From contig OZ250150.1 in NCBI GenBank assembly GCA_965237675.1, positions 2,816,001 through 2,880,000 of the forward strand: a DNA stretch of 64,000 nt. Reading direction: 5' to 3'. How positions within the stretch are numbered: the first letter of the stretch is position 1; each line of letters opens with the position of its first letter. The DNA comes from Candidatus Latescibacterota bacterium (GTDB lineage: Bacteria; Latescibacterota; UBA2968; GCA-2709665). The position numbers were made by a program, and so were the translations under genes. The notes below the pieces were generated by a model. That model had not been told where the DNA came from. It made no database searches and was given only the letters and a program-made list of their open reading frames with translations. Below are positions 29,356 to 39,815 of this stretch, piece by piece.

Positions 29356-29802
29356 GTGGTTGGCATAATTATGGGTAGCCGTTCCGATGAACCGATCATG
29401 CAGAAAGCAGCGCCCATTCTGGATGAACTGGGCATTGCATACGAGATGACCGTGTCGTCCGCACATCGGAATCCCGAACGGACGGGCGAATATGCGCGCA
29501 CGGCGGAAGCGCGCGGTCTGAAAGTCATTATTGCCGGGGCAGGGTTGGCGGCGGCGCTGCCGGGCGTGATGGCGGCGCATACCACATTGCCCGTAATCGG
29601 GGTGCCGATCGCCTCCGGCGCGCTCAACGGCGTCGATTCGCTGTATGCGATCGTGCAGATGCCGCCCGGAGTGCCGGTAGGGTGCGTGGGCATCGACAAC
29701 GCCCGCAACGCGGCCGTTCTGGCCGCACAGATCATCGCGCAGACGGACGCGGGGGTAAAAGAGAAGCTGGACGCGTACAAACAACGCCTCGCGGAGGGAT
29801 AG
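29356..29802 (+). CDS. purE: N5-CAIR mutase
   Basis: [39 protein letters not shown]. Confidence 0.96.
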   Translation: MVGIIMGSRSDEPIMQKAAPILDELGIAYEMTVSSAHRNPERTGEYARTAEARGLKVIIAGAGLAAALPGVMAAHTTLPVIGVPIASGALNGVDSLYAIVQMPPGVPVGCVGIDNARNAAVLAAQIIAQTDAGVKEKLDAYKQRLAEG

Positions 29803-30925
29803 GACACGGCGTCAGGCGGGAAGCGGCGGTCATTTCCCGCACCAACGACTGGGCATCGCCTGTTTTTTTCAGGATTTCCACCTGTCGCTGCGCCCAGGTC
29901 GGGCTGGACGCCAGATCCAGATTCCGCTCCAAGTAGGGAACGCAATCCAGGTCCCGGGCGGTCGGCTTCAGTTGATCGACCAGACGTCTTACGAGTTCGC
30001 GCGCCGGCTGTAGCTGGTAGGTGTCGGAGTCGACAAGCTGCGCGTCGAGCCCGTAACGGGCCGCGCGCCACTTGTTCTGCCGTATGAGCATGGGGTGACA
30101 GTCGTGCTGATAGGCGCCCTGGTCGATGTGGTCGGAAAGGTATTTGATGAGGGACTGCATCAGCGCGACAAGGCCCAGGGTATCGTGGAAGTTGCCGGGA
30201 ATATCGCAGATGCGGATTTCGACCGTTCCGAATTTGTTGTGGGGGCGGACGTCCCACCAGATTTCCCGTATGGTCTCTATGTAACCCGTTTCGACGAGGT
30301 GATTGACCAGCCAGACATATTCACTCCAGTTTCGCATCAGCGGCGGCAGACCGGCGGTGGGCAGGCCGTCCATGATCTTGGACCGCCATGAGCAGACACC
30401 CGTGTTCCGACCTTCCCAGAATGGACTGTTGCAGCTCAATGCCAGCAGGAGCGGCAGGTATCGTAAAATGAACTCGCAGATCATCACCGCCTTGTCGCCG
30501 CTGTCCACTCCCACGTGCACGTGCAGGCCGAACGTGACCAGTTGGCGAGCCGTGTCCTGCAGCAGGTCGACCAGGCCCGCGTATCGTTTGTTGCGCGTGA
30601 TCTCCTGGTCTCGCCAGGTAGAGAATGGATGGGTTGCCGACCAGTAGAGTCTCACGCCCTCCTTATCCGCAACGGCCTCGAGCGCGCACAGCTTTTTGCT
30701 GAGATCGGCTTCGACCTCCCGGACGTTCATACAGACGTCGGAATTGATTTCAACGTAACACTGCATCAGTTCCGGCTTGATCGATCCGTGGAGGTGCGGC
30801 GGCACCCGAGCAAGAAGCCTCTCGCTGGCGCTGCAAAGGCGCATCGTACGATTGTCCACCAGCGCCAGTTCGATTTCGACGCCAACCGTGGGCTTCCGGC
30901 TGGGGTTGAATACCATCCCGCTCAT
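29732..30925 (-). CDS. YbdK-family carboxylate-amine ligase (glutamate-cysteine ligase family 2)
   Basis: [61 protein letters not shown]; ATGA overlap with the upstream amidohydrolase. Confidence 0.92.
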   Translation of the reverse strand: MSGMVFNPSRKPTVGVEIELALVDNRTMRLCSASERLLARVPPHLHGSIKPELMQCYVEINSDVCMNVREVEADLSKKLCALEAVADKEGVRLYWSATHPFSTWRDQEITRNKRYAGLVDLLQDTARQLVTFGLHVHVGVDSGDKAVMICEFILRYLPLLLALSCNSPFWEGRNTGVCSWRSKIMDGLPTAGLPPLMRNWSEYVWLVNHLVETGYIETIREIWWDVRPHNKFGTVEIRICDIPGNFHDTLGLVALMQSLIKYLSDHIDQGAYQHDCHPMLIRQNKWRAARYGLDAQLVDSDTYQLQPARELVRRLVDQLKPTARDLDCVPYLERNLDLASSPTWAQRQVEILKKTGDAQSLVREMTAASRLTPCPIPPRGVVCTRPASLLPPRPSAR

Positions 30926-32151
30926 CGATTTGCCTCGCTGTCGCTCGTTTTCGATTCCGACCAACGTACAACCGCGCGCGCCAGAATCTTTGCGCCGATG
31001 GCCAGCGCGCGTTCGTCGATGTCGAATTCGGGCGAATGCAGGCCCGGCCCGGCCGACGTGGGAGCAGAGCATCCAAGGCGAAACAGACTGCCTGGAACGT
31101 GGTGGAGATAATGGGCGAAATCATCCCCTCCCATGCTGGGCTGCCCGATATACTGAACCCGGTCGGCCCCGAGCAGATCGACCGCGCACTGCCGGATCAC
31201 ATCGGTCAGACCCGGATCGTTAAGGACCGACGGAGGGCCCGACTTGAACGTGATTTCAATTTCCGTGCCGGACAACCGCGCCACCCCCTGCGCGATCTCC
31301 CGCACACGGTCCATGGCCAGGCGGCGCGCATCGTTGTCGAGGCTGCGTACGGTGCCCTTGAGCACCGCGCGATCGGGAATCGCGTTGTAGCGCTTACCGG
31401 CGGTAATGGAGCCGACCGTGAGGACCACGGTATGTTGCGGATCGAGCGACCTCGGCACCGTCACGTAGAGTGCGTTGATCAACTGGGCCGCCGCGGCAAT
31501 GGGGTCCCGGGATTCGTAGGGGCGGGCCGCGTGACCGCCGCTCCCCCGGATGAGTACGTGCATTTCATCACAATGCGCGGTGAGAACACCCGATCGCTGG
31601 CCGATGTATCCGGCAGGGCGCGACGGATCCACATGAAGCGCCAGCACCGCGCTGACGCCTTCGAGCGCCCCGGCTTCGATCATTTCCAGGGCGCCCTGGT
31701 TGGTCTCCTCGGCAGGTTGAAAAATGGCCCGCCAGGAAACGGGCCAGGGCAATATTCCGGATTTCGTGGCTGATGCCAGCGCCAGTGCGGCGCCGAGCAC
31801 CGCGGCCGTATGGGCGTCGTGGCCGCACGCGTGCATCACCCCGCGCACGTTGCTGCGATAGTCTACCTCTTTGGCGTCCTGAATGGGTAGCGCGTCCAGG
31901 TCGGCCCTTATGGCGATCTTGGGCCCGGACCCGTTCCCGGCCGCTTCGGCGATCACCCCGCGGCCTGTGGGACCGGTGCGGACATGGAAGCCGTCGGACA
32001 GCAACTGTCCTTCCACATACCGCGTGGTCTCCGTTTCCTCGCCGCTCACCTCGGGATGGGCATGGAGATGCCGCCTGGCCTGCACCATGCGGTCCTGGTA
32101 CGCATCGACGGTCCGGTCGAGTTGCCGAATCCATGGATTTTGATCTGTCAT
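30922..32151 (-). CDS. M20D amidohydrolase
   Basis: RRHLHAHPE, RADLDALP, MHACGHDAH, FQPAEE, GGHAARP, MGGDDF, LHSP. Confidence 0.92.
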   Translation of the reverse strand: MTDQNPWIRQLDRTVDAYQDRMVQARRHLHAHPEVSGEETETTRYVEGQLLSDGFHVRTGPTGRGVIAEAAGNGSGPKIAIRADLDALPIQDAKEVDYRSNVRGVMHACGHDAHTAAVLGAALALASATKSGILPWPVSWRAIFQPAEETNQGALEMIEAGALEGVSAVLALHVDPSRPAGYIGQRSGVLTAHCDEMHVLIRGSGGHAARPYESRDPIAAAAQLINALYVTVPRSLDPQHTVVLTVGSITAGKRYNAIPDRAVLKGTVRSLDNDARRLAMDRVREIAQGVARLSGTEIEITFKSGPPSVLNDPGLTDVIRQCAVDLLGADRVQYIGQPSMGGDDFAHYLHHVPGSLFRLGCSAPTSAGPGLHSPEFDIDERALAIGAKILARAVVRWSESKTSDSEANR

Positions 32152-32174
32152 CGTCGACGTGTTTATCCGGGATT

Positions 32175-34115
32175 CTAACCCGCGACTTCTTTGGCGATGG
32201 CGACGCATTTGGCGGCGAAGGTGTCGTAGGCGGCTCGGAACTCGGCGCTGGTTTTCTGCACGGAGCCGAAATCCGGCCAGTCGGCAGGTTCCATGCCCCG
32301 GGTCTGCCAGCCCGCGACATCGATGCCGACGACGTTCTGCAGGAAGTCTTTGAGAGAGGGCGTCAGGTCGTAGCCGCGGCAGAAATCGGGAAGTTCGCGC
32401 AGGCGCTGGTCCACGCCGGGTTCGTAGGTATCCAGCACCGCGCCCCTGAAGTCTTCGAGGTTGAAGCCCTCCTGCTCGGAAGCGGTCTGGACGGCGCGCG
32501 CGTGGTTTGGAAATTCGGTGTTGCACATGTTGGAAGCGCCCAGCGTGTGGAAGGAGTCTTCCGGAATGCGCTTGGAGGCGGGAAGTACGTCCATGGAGTC
32601 CACGATCCATCCTGCCTGCTCGTCCGTAACAGCGCAGGTTTTCCGGAGATAGGTGACCCATTTGGGCCGGTTTTCCGGGCTGAAGAAGACCCAGTAGACG
32701 CGGCGGGCGACCAGGGTGCCCGCTTTTTTCAGATCTTCTTCGAGAAGCTGGATGGCGTCCGCGGACTGCCCGGCCGCTGCAGCGGCTTCCAGGACGATGG
32801 GGTGGTCCAGGGATTTGAGGTTCTGGTAGGCGCAGACAGCCTGAGCCCTGTCGGCCATGGATCCGTTGTCCGCATCTCCCGCGCCGAGGTCGGCTGCCAG
32901 GGCGTCAAGGAGTTCACTCGCTTTGCCTTCTCCGGCTCTTTCCGCCGCGGAGAGAAAGATTTTCTCGGCTTCAACCTCCCGCAGGTGGCTTACAAACCGG
33001 CCGCCCATGTTGGTTTCGTAGGTGCGTACAACCTGCCCGCCCGCCTTCGCCGCGTGAGCCTTGCCCTCGAACGCGTCCAGTATGAGCTGAACTTCCTGGG
33101 CCACGGTGTAGACCACGGTGTTGTTGGAGCCAATGGCATTGCTGTTGAGAGTCGTGGTGATTTTTCGGGCGGCCTCGTGGCTGGCGGCGACTTTGAAGAC
33201 GATGTTGGGGTTGACCACGCCAGACCGGTTACCCAGGCCCAGCAGACGGTCGTATCCTTCGAGGAAATCGGCCGCCAACCCGTACGCATTTCGGGCATCC
33301 TCGATGCTCGCGTCGGCCTGGTCGGCGATGTTGGGATTCAGCTGGAAGCTGACCATGTAGTCTTTGAGGTCCGTATGCACGGCAAGCGGCCGGAAAATGG
33401 ACAGGTTGGGCCAGAGGGCGATGAGGGTGGCGGCCATGGCGATTTCATCCGCGTAGGCCTCGGGGTGTTGTTTCCAGTTATCGTGTTTGTCGATTTCGCC
33501 CTTGAGTTGCTCGGCGAGTGAACCGTCTTCGTCGAAAGCCTTTGCGGCCAGCACGGGGTTGGTGGACACCTGGCAGAAACCATAGTGGCGAAGGTATTCC
33601 AGGCCACGCGCGAAGTCGTTGCCGAATTTGCAGTAGTCTTCGCCGATCATCTTCCAATAAACACCGCCGCGCATGTGCCGTTTAAGCAGAGTAAGAAAGG
33701 AACGGCCCGGGCCGCTCTGGCTCAGGTCCGATTCGATGCGTTCGGCAAGAAGGCCGGAGAGGCTGTCGCTCAGGTTGACGGACTTCATGTCGGCCAGAAA
33801 TTCAGCCACGACGCCCGCCATTACGCCTCCTTCGAGATCATCGATCGCGGCCAGGACCCGCTCGAGTGCGCGGTCGGCTTCGTGCGCGCCGTATCCGACG
33901 ATTTCGGCGTCCCGCCCCACAAAGTTCATGCCGAGCCGGATCAGGGTGCGGCAGACCGCGTTGGCGGGACACTCGCTATTTTGAATAGCGGCCAGGAGTT
34001 CGTCTACGCGGGCGGTCAGGGCGCCGGGCTGCGGTTCGATGAGTACCTGGTCCGCTGCTGCGAGTGTCTGTCCGTTGCCGATCGCTTCCACCACGGCGGT
34101 GTTGTCGATTGCCAT
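32175..34115 (-). CDS. Atypically long transaldolase-family protein
   Basis: VSTNPVL, VSFQLNP, NIVFKVA (Schiff-base Lys), NNTVVYT; about 650 aa with N-terminal extension and inserts; RBS GGAGG before ATG 34115. Confidence 0.7.
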   Translation of the reverse strand: MAIDNTAVVEAIGNGQTLAAADQVLIEPQPGALTARVDELLAAIQNSECPANAVCRTLIRLGMNFVGRDAEIVGYGAHEADRALERVLAAIDDLEGGVMAGVVAEFLADMKSVNLSDSLSGLLAERIESDLSQSGPGRSFLTLLKRHMRGGVYWKMIGEDYCKFGNDFARGLEYLRHYGFCQVSTNPVLAAKAFDEDGSLAEQLKGEIDKHDNWKQHPEAYADEIAMAATLIALWPNLSIFRPLAVHTDLKDYMVSFQLNPNIADQADASIEDARNAYGLAADFLEGYDRLLGLGNRSGVVNPNIVFKVAASHEAARKITTTLNSNAIGSNNTVVYTVAQEVQLILDAFEGKAHAAKAGGQVVRTYETNMGGRFVSHLREVEAEKIFLSAAERAGEGKASELLDALAADLGAGDADNGSMADRAQAVCAYQNLKSLDHPIVLEAAAAAGQSADAIQLLEEDLKKAGTLVARRVYWVFFSPENRPKWVTYLRKTCAVTDEQAGWIVDSMDVLPASKRIPEDSFHTLGASNMCNTEFPNHARAVQTASEQEGFNLEDFRGAVLDTYEPGVDQRLRELPDFCRGYDLTPSLKDFLQNVVGIDVAGWQTRGMEPADWPDFGSVQKTSAEFRAAYDTFAAKCVAIAKEVAG

Positions 34116-34214
34116 TTCGTGGCCTCCCTTCACATCGTACAGGACGTGAGACGGCTCTGTACACCATCCGGCGGCGGACGGGCCGTCTGTTATCTGCCGG
34201 TTGCCGGATTAACT

Positions 34215-35021
34215 TCAGTCAATGCCCAGCACATCCCGCATGGTGAACAGCCCGGGGCGCGCGTTCACGACATAGCGGATGGCCTGAAGAATCCCCACGC
34301 CGTAGGAATCCCGGCTCTGCGCGCGGTGAACGAGTTGGAAAGTTTCGCCGGTGCCGCCAAAGATGACAGTATGCTCCCCGGCCAGGTCTCCCGCGCGAAT
34401 GGCGTGGATGCCGATTTCATCCCCGGTGCGAGCGCCCACTTCCCCGTGGCGGCCATAGAGGGCCACGTCGTCCAGGTTTCGACCCAAACCCGTTGCCGCG
34501 GCATTCGCCAGCGCCAGGGCCGTGCCGCTGGGGGCATCGGTTTTGAAGTGGTGGTGGGCCTCGACGATCTCCACGTCGTAACCGTCACCCAGCATGCGTG
34601 CGGCGTCTTCGACCAGCTTGATGAATACGGTCACGCCAATACTGAAGCTGGGGGCGAAGACGCAGGCGACGTTCTTGAGGGCATTTTCGAATTCGGTAAG
34701 CTGCAGGGCCGACATGCCCGTGGTGCCGACCACCATCGGCCTACCCGATTCGCCGGCAATTCGAGCCGCGTCGAGCGTGCCGTCCGGGGGTGCGGTGAAG
34801 GCGACGACCACGTCGGCGTTTCCGATGACGGTTTCCAGGTCGTCCACAACGTGGAAACCGGTGTGCGCGGCGCCCACGACCTCACCGATGTCACGCCCGA
34901 TTGCGGGGTTGTCGCGAGCTTCCACGCCGCCGACGATTTTCAGGTCGTCGGTATCCATGGCAAGATGGGCGATACGGCCGCACATCTTGCCCGCGATGCC
35001 GCAGATAACGATGTTTGTCAT
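34215..35021 (-). CDS. dapB: 4-hydroxy-tetrahydrodipicolinate reductase
   Basis: GIAGKM, VVGTTG, APSFSIG, EIVEAHHHFKTDAPSGTA, IRAGD..GEH. Confidence 0.96.
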   Translation of the reverse strand: MTNIVICGIAGKMCGRIAHLAMDTDDLKIVGGVEARDNPAIGRDIGEVVGAAHTGFHVVDDLETVIGNADVVVAFTAPPDGTLDAARIAGESGRPMVVGTTGMSALQLTEFENALKNVACVFAPSFSIGVTVFIKLVEDAARMLGDGYDVEIVEAHHHFKTDAPSGTALALANAAATGLGRNLDDVALYGRHGEVGARTGDEIGIHAIRAGDLAGEHTVIFGGTGETFQLVHRAQSRDSYGVGILQAIRYVVNARPGLFTMRDVLGID

Positions 35022-35148
35022 GTGGATTCTCCGGGGACAACGCGACGTGGAGAGAAGGCGCGTCGTTCGAGGGTGTCCGGTGCGCCCACCAGGGCAGGTC
35101 GATTCACCGCGCTTCCACAGGGACCCCGCTGCGCCGGCGATTGCCCGG

Positions 35149-36945
35149 CTACCAGGCGCTGAGGCGTTGCTCGAGGGCGTTGAGTTCGGTTAACAATTCC
35201 CGGGGCAGGCGATCTCCAAAGCCGGCGTAGAACTCCTGGATATCGGGCAGTTCGGCGCGCCAGTGTTCCGCATTCACGGAAAGCAACTCATCCACGTGGG
35301 CATCCGGGACGTCCAGGCCGTCGAGGTCCAGGGCGTCGGGCGTCGGGACATAGCCGATTGGGGTTTCAACCGCGTCCGCCGTGCCTTCGATGCGTCCGCA
35401 GATCCATTTGAGCACGCGGCTGTTCTCGCCGAAACCGGGCCAGAGCCAGTTGCCGTTCGCGTCCTTGCGAAACCAGTTCACGTAGAAGATTCTGGGCGCG
35501 TTGTCGCCCAGCCGGGCACCGATATCGAACCAGTGTCTGAAATAGTCGCCCATATGATAGCCACAGAAAGGAAGCATCGCAAAGGGATCTCTCCGCAGCT
35601 TGCCCACGGCGCCGGCCGCGGCGGCCGTGGTTTCGGACGCCATAATGGAGCCCAGGAAGACGCCGTGCCGCCAGTTCGTCGCTTCGAAGACCAGGGGAAC
35701 GACCAATGAGCGACGACCGCCGAAGATGAACGCCGACATGGGGACGCCATCGGGGTTTTCCCACTCCGGATCGATGACCGGGCACTGCACGGCCGGGGCG
35801 GTGTACCTGGCATTGGGATTGGAGGCTTTGCCTTCCGAACCCGGTGTCCAGGGACGGCCCAGCCAATCTTCCAGTTGTGGGGGTGGGTCGTCCGTCATCT
35901 CTTCCCACCAGACGTCGCCCTCAGGTGTGAGCGCCGTGTTGGTGAAGATGCTGTTCTTTGTGAGGGCAGCCATGGCGTGGCCATTGGAATCCAGGCTTGT
36001 TCCGGGCGCAACGCCGAAGAATCCGGCCTCCGGGTTGATCGCCCTGAGCTTTCCGTCGGGCCCCTGCCGCATCCAGGCAATGTCGTCGCCCACGCAGCGC
36101 GCTTCCCAGCCGGGGACCGTGGGTTGCAACATGGCCAGGTTCGTCTTACCGCACGCGGATGGAAATGCGGCGCCGATGTAATGTTTTCTTTTTTCGGGAG
36201 AGGTGAGTCCCAGGATGAGCATGTGCTCGGCCATCCAGCCTTCGTCGCGGGCCATGGTCGACGCAATGCGGAGGGCGAAACATTTCTTGCCAAGCAGGGC
36301 GTTCCCGCCGTAACCGGAGCCGTACGACCAGATGGAGGGCTCTTCGGAAAAGTGTACGATGTATTTTCGATCCGCGTTGCACGGCCAGGAGACGTCTCTC
36401 TGTCCGGGCTTGAGCGGGGTGCCCACCGAATGCATGCACGGGAGGAAGTCTCCGTCCCCAAGGGCGTCCAGTACCCGGTCGCCCGTTCGGGTCATGATGT
36501 ACATGCTGCAGACGACGTAAGGTGAGTCCGTGATTTCCACGCCGATCTTGGACGTGGGCGAACCGATGGAGCCCATGGAGAACGGGATCACGTACATGGT
36601 CCGTCCCCGCATCGACCCCGCGAACAAACCCTTGAGATTGCGTTTCATCCCTTCGGGTTCGCGCCAGTTGTTGGTGGGTCCGACGTCGTCCTCATTGGTT
36701 GTGCAGATAAAGGTGCGGTCTTCCACGCGGGCGACATCGCCCGCGTCGGACCGGGCAAGAAAGCTGTTGGGGCGCCGGTCCGGATTCAGCCGGACAAAGG
36801 TTCCCGCCCGGCACAGCAGTTCGGCGAGATCATTGTACTCTTCCTGGGAACCGTCGCTCCACTGGATGTTGTCGGGCTTACAGAGTTGCGCGGCCTCTTC
36901 TACCCAGTTCAGCAGTTTAAGGTTTGCGGTTTTCCTTTTTTCCAT
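35149..36945 (-). CDS. pckG: Phosphoenolpyruvate carboxykinase (GTP)
   Basis: [67 protein letters not shown]. Confidence 0.97.
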   Translation of the reverse strand: MEKRKTANLKLLNWVEEAAQLCKPDNIQWSDGSQEEYNDLAELLCRAGTFVRLNPDRRPNSFLARSDAGDVARVEDRTFICTTNEDDVGPTNNWREPEGMKRNLKGLFAGSMRGRTMYVIPFSMGSIGSPTSKIGVEITDSPYVVCSMYIMTRTGDRVLDALGDGDFLPCMHSVGTPLKPGQRDVSWPCNADRKYIVHFSEEPSIWSYGSGYGGNALLGKKCFALRIASTMARDEGWMAEHMLILGLTSPEKRKHYIGAAFPSACGKTNLAMLQPTVPGWEARCVGDDIAWMRQGPDGKLRAINPEAGFFGVAPGTSLDSNGHAMAALTKNSIFTNTALTPEGDVWWEEMTDDPPPQLEDWLGRPWTPGSEGKASNPNARYTAPAVQCPVIDPEWENPDGVPMSAFIFGGRRSLVVPLVFEATNWRHGVFLGSIMASETTAAAAGAVGKLRRDPFAMLPFCGYHMGDYFRHWFDIGARLGDNAPRIFYVNWFRKDANGNWLWPGFGENSRVLKWICGRIEGTADAVETPIGYVPTPDALDLDGLDVPDAHVDELLSVNAEHWRAELPDIQEFYAGFGDRLPRELLTELNALEQRLSAW

Positions 36946-36968
36946 TCGATTCTTTCCAGGGTTTAGGG

Positions 36969-38006
36969 TCAGTCAAGGTACGCCAGATCTTCGAGTGTTG
37001 AGGCGTCCCTGAGACGGTTTGCTATATTCACGTTGAAGAACTGTTCGATGGGCGCGAGGATTTCAGGATTCTTGTCCTGCACGTTTCGTGCGATTTCAAG
37101 GACCTGTCTGAGACCGCTCTGGTTCATCCTGCCCAGCGGCCGCCGGCATGGGCCCGCCGGCATGCCCAGGATATTCATCAGTGTCTTTATGGGCACGGGG
37201 TTTCGGGCTTTAACCTGCGTCGTTCCGAAGGGTGTTTCTTCTTCCGACAGGACGGTGACCATTCCGAAGAGGAGCCTGAGCGCATCCGCCAGGCGATCCG
37301 CCTCGACCGTATCGCCGTCGAGGATCGCTTGCGTGAAACTCTGTATGGGTCCGGGGACCACGTTGGATAAGACCGAGATGACGCCGTTCGCGCGGATGCG
37401 GGCGTCGGTCATCATGGTATGGGTGATATCGTCGTCGCCGGAGAGAATGTTGAAATCGTCCCCGCAGACTTCACGCGTCCGGGCCATGTTCTCCAGGTCG
37501 CCTGTGGCTTCTTTGACGGCGTTGACGTTTTCGTAGTCGCGGTTCAGAATGGCCAGGTCTTCCGGGAGCAGTTTCGTGCCGGAACGCCCCGGAATGACGT
37601 AGGAGACCATCTGAAGCTCCGGAAAGGCTTCGGCAACGGGCGCAACGTATTCCCGGCGGATTTCAAGCGAACTGGGGCCGTTGTAGTACGGATCTACAAG
37701 AAGGGCGGTATCGGCCCCGGCGTGCGCGGCGTGTTCCGTGGCGCGCAGGGTTTCCTCCGTGGCATTGCTACCGGTGCCGGCGATGGCGCGGCATTCGCCT
37801 CTGGCCAGGGCGCAGACCCGATCTGTGACGCTGTTGTGTTCTTTACTGTTGAGCGTGGGGCTTTCGCCGGTCGTGCCTACCGCGAGGATGCCGCTTACAC
37901 CCTGTGAAATCTGGAAATTGACCAGTTTTTCCAACCCGCGTTCGTCCACGCCTTTGTCGGGGTCCAAGGGTGTGATGAGGGCCGTATAACATCCACTGAA
38001 TAACAT
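36969..38006 (-). CDS. dapA: 4-hydroxy-tetrahydrodipicolinate synthase
   Basis: [53 protein letters not shown]. Confidence 0.95.
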   Translation of the reverse strand: MLFSGCYTALITPLDPDKGVDERGLEKLVNFQISQGVSGILAVGTTGESPTLNSKEHNSVTDRVCALARGECRAIAGTGSNATEETLRATEHAAHAGADTALLVDPYYNGPSSLEIRREYVAPVAEAFPELQMVSYVIPGRSGTKLLPEDLAILNRDYENVNAVKEATGDLENMARTREVCGDDFNILSGDDDITHTMMTDARIRANGVISVLSNVVPGPIQSFTQAILDGDTVEADRLADALRLLFGMVTVLSEEETPFGTTQVKARNPVPIKTLMNILGMPAGPCRRPLGRMNQSGLRQVLEIARNVQDKNPEILAPIEQFFNVNIANRLRDASTLEDLAYLD

Positions 38007-38059
38007 GGGGCCACCTCCTGGTGAAAATAGGTTGAACCGGGTTGCCGATCAGGTTGGAG

Positions 38060-38107
38060 CAAAAAAAACAGCCGGTTCCCAATGGGGGTGGAGGCAAGGC
38101 CGGCCGT
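38060..38107 (-). terminator. Intrinsic terminator (expression platform of the lysine riboswitch)
   Basis: Minus strand CGGCCGG...CCGGCTG followed by a T8 tract, between the aptamer and the dapA start. Confidence 0.65.
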
Positions 38108-38128
38108 GCAAGTTCCAGCATGGATGGC

Positions 38129-38304
38129 GCAAGAGAGCACTCCACGGAGTCATCCGTGACAGTCCAGCGGATCTTATCCGAGTGGACCAGCCCCAGTCTG
38201 CGGCGGAGCAGATTCGGGACTTCGGCAGGTTTTCCCTTTCGCCGGTGTGTTGGTTACGCCTCGTTTCGCCGGGTACTCTTGAAAACCTGCGCCTCTACCC
38301 TTGC
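38129..38304 (-). ncRNA. Lysine riboswitch (L-box)
   Basis: Minus strand GTAGAGGCGC..TCAAGAGTA..GAAAGGG..GCCGAAG..CTGGT..TAAG..ACTGTC..GGAGTGCT in L-box order, upstream of dapA. Confidence 0.92.
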
Positions 38305-38545
38305 CTTTCTGAAAAAAACAAATTAGCCAATGGGTTGGCCTGTGTCAAGTGGAAAGATGGAACGTGGGATCCCGAGGCCGCGGAATGCGCCGGATGAAGA
38401 CCCTGTAAAGATGCGGGAATTCGCGATAAGGCGTCATGTTTTGCTTTCGTTTACGGACCCGGTAGACTATATTCCGTCTTCCGTTTTTCTGCAGTCCGTC
38501 GGACGGATACGGCCTCGCGCCGGGCCTATCCATGGAAGGAAGACT

Positions 38546-39784
38546 ATGCATTCATTTGAACCGCAGCGACATACCTTGACCAATGGGATTGAAGTCGTCG
38601 CCGAGGGCATACCCGGCGCCCAATCTGTTGTCGTTGGCTTCCGGTTGGGCTTCGGGGCGAAAGACGATCCCGTCGACCGGCTGGGGTTGGCCTGGGTCAC
38701 CGAAGAAACGTTGTTGAAGGGCACGCCGACTCGCGACGCACGCTCAATTTACGATGCCTTCGATTCCCTCGGCGCGCGACGCGGCTCGGCGACGGCCGTG
38801 GAGTTCACCGAATTCCAGGCACAGCTGTTACCGAGGCATTTTCTCGATGTGTTGAAACTCTACGCCGAAGTGTTTCGCGGCGCATCCTTTCCGGATGAGC
38901 AGGTCGAGGTGGCGAAAACACTGGCGCTCGAGGAACTGAAGCGTCTGGAAGACAGTCCGACACACCAGGTTCTGTATATGACGTATCAGGCCGGGCTGGG
39001 GGATCCGATGGGGCGCAATCCCCTGGGAGAAGCCGAGACGGTTGCCACGATTGCCCCGACTGACGTGCGCGGTTTCTGGAGGCGGTTCTGCGGCCCGCAA
39101 CGTCTTCTGATCTCGGTGGCCGGCGGCCTGGAGACAGAAGCGATGTTCCGGGCAGTAGACGATGCGTTTGGCGCCTGGAAGAAATCCGGGCCGCCGCCCG
39201 AAGATCCGTACCCACTTTCGGTGGCGGGCCGAACGGTGCACCATCCAAAACAATCCGAGCAGGCGCATATCGGGCTGCTTTTTGAAGCCGCGCCGCGGGG
39301 CCACGCACTCTATTATCCGGCCCAACTCGCGGTGGCCGTACTGTCCGGCAGCGGGTCCAGCCGCCTGTTTACCGAGGTGAGGGAAAAGCGGGGGCTGGCT
39401 TATAGTGTTTCGGCCTTTTACGGGGCACGTCGGGGCGGCGGTTTAATCGTACTGTATGCCGGCACGACGGCGGACCGCGCCGACGAGACCCTAAAGGTGT
39501 GCCGACGGGAGGTGCTGCGGGTTACGGAGGACCTGACGCAGGCTGAACTCGACAGGGCGAAAACCGTGTTGAAGGGACAACTGTTCACAACGGGCGACTT
39601 GCCGGAAGGGCGCGCCGGCAGTATGTTGGAAGATATGTTTCTGGAGGGGCGTCCGCGGTCGATCCAGGAGATCGCCAATGGGATTGACGGCGTGACGTTA
39701 GACCAGGTGCCCGCTTATCTGGAGACGTTTCCACCGTCTCCTGCATCGCTGGTTACGCTGGGCCCCAGGGCCCTGGAGGCCTGA
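38546..39784 (+). CDS. M16 peptidase family, non-catalytic subunit
   Basis: LTNGI..., SSRLFTEVREKRGLAYSV; HxxEH replaced by WVTEE. Confidence 0.88.
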   Translation: MHSFEPQRHTLTNGIEVVAEGIPGAQSVVVGFRLGFGAKDDPVDRLGLAWVTEETLLKGTPTRDARSIYDAFDSLGARRGSATAVEFTEFQAQLLPRHFLDVLKLYAEVFRGASFPDEQVEVAKTLALEELKRLEDSPTHQVLYMTYQAGLGDPMGRNPLGEAETVATIAPTDVRGFWRRFCGPQRLLISVAGGLETEAMFRAVDDAFGAWKKSGPPPEDPYPLSVAGRTVHHPKQSEQAHIGLLFEAAPRGHALYYPAQLAVAVLSGSGSSRLFTEVREKRGLAYSVSAFYGARRGGGLIVLYAGTTADRADETLKVCRREVLRVTEDLTQAELDRAKTVLKGQLFTTGDLPEGRAGSMLEDMFLEGRPRSIQEIANGIDGVTLDQVPAYLETFPPSPASLVTLGPRALEA

Positions 39785-39815
39785 GTACGGCAGCCGAGAT
39801 TCCCGGGAGAAATCT

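Noticed and set aside
31773-35162. Plus-strand ORFs of 582 aa and 525 aa
   Set aside because: Antisense to the transaldolase-like gene and dapB, which carry clear family motifs
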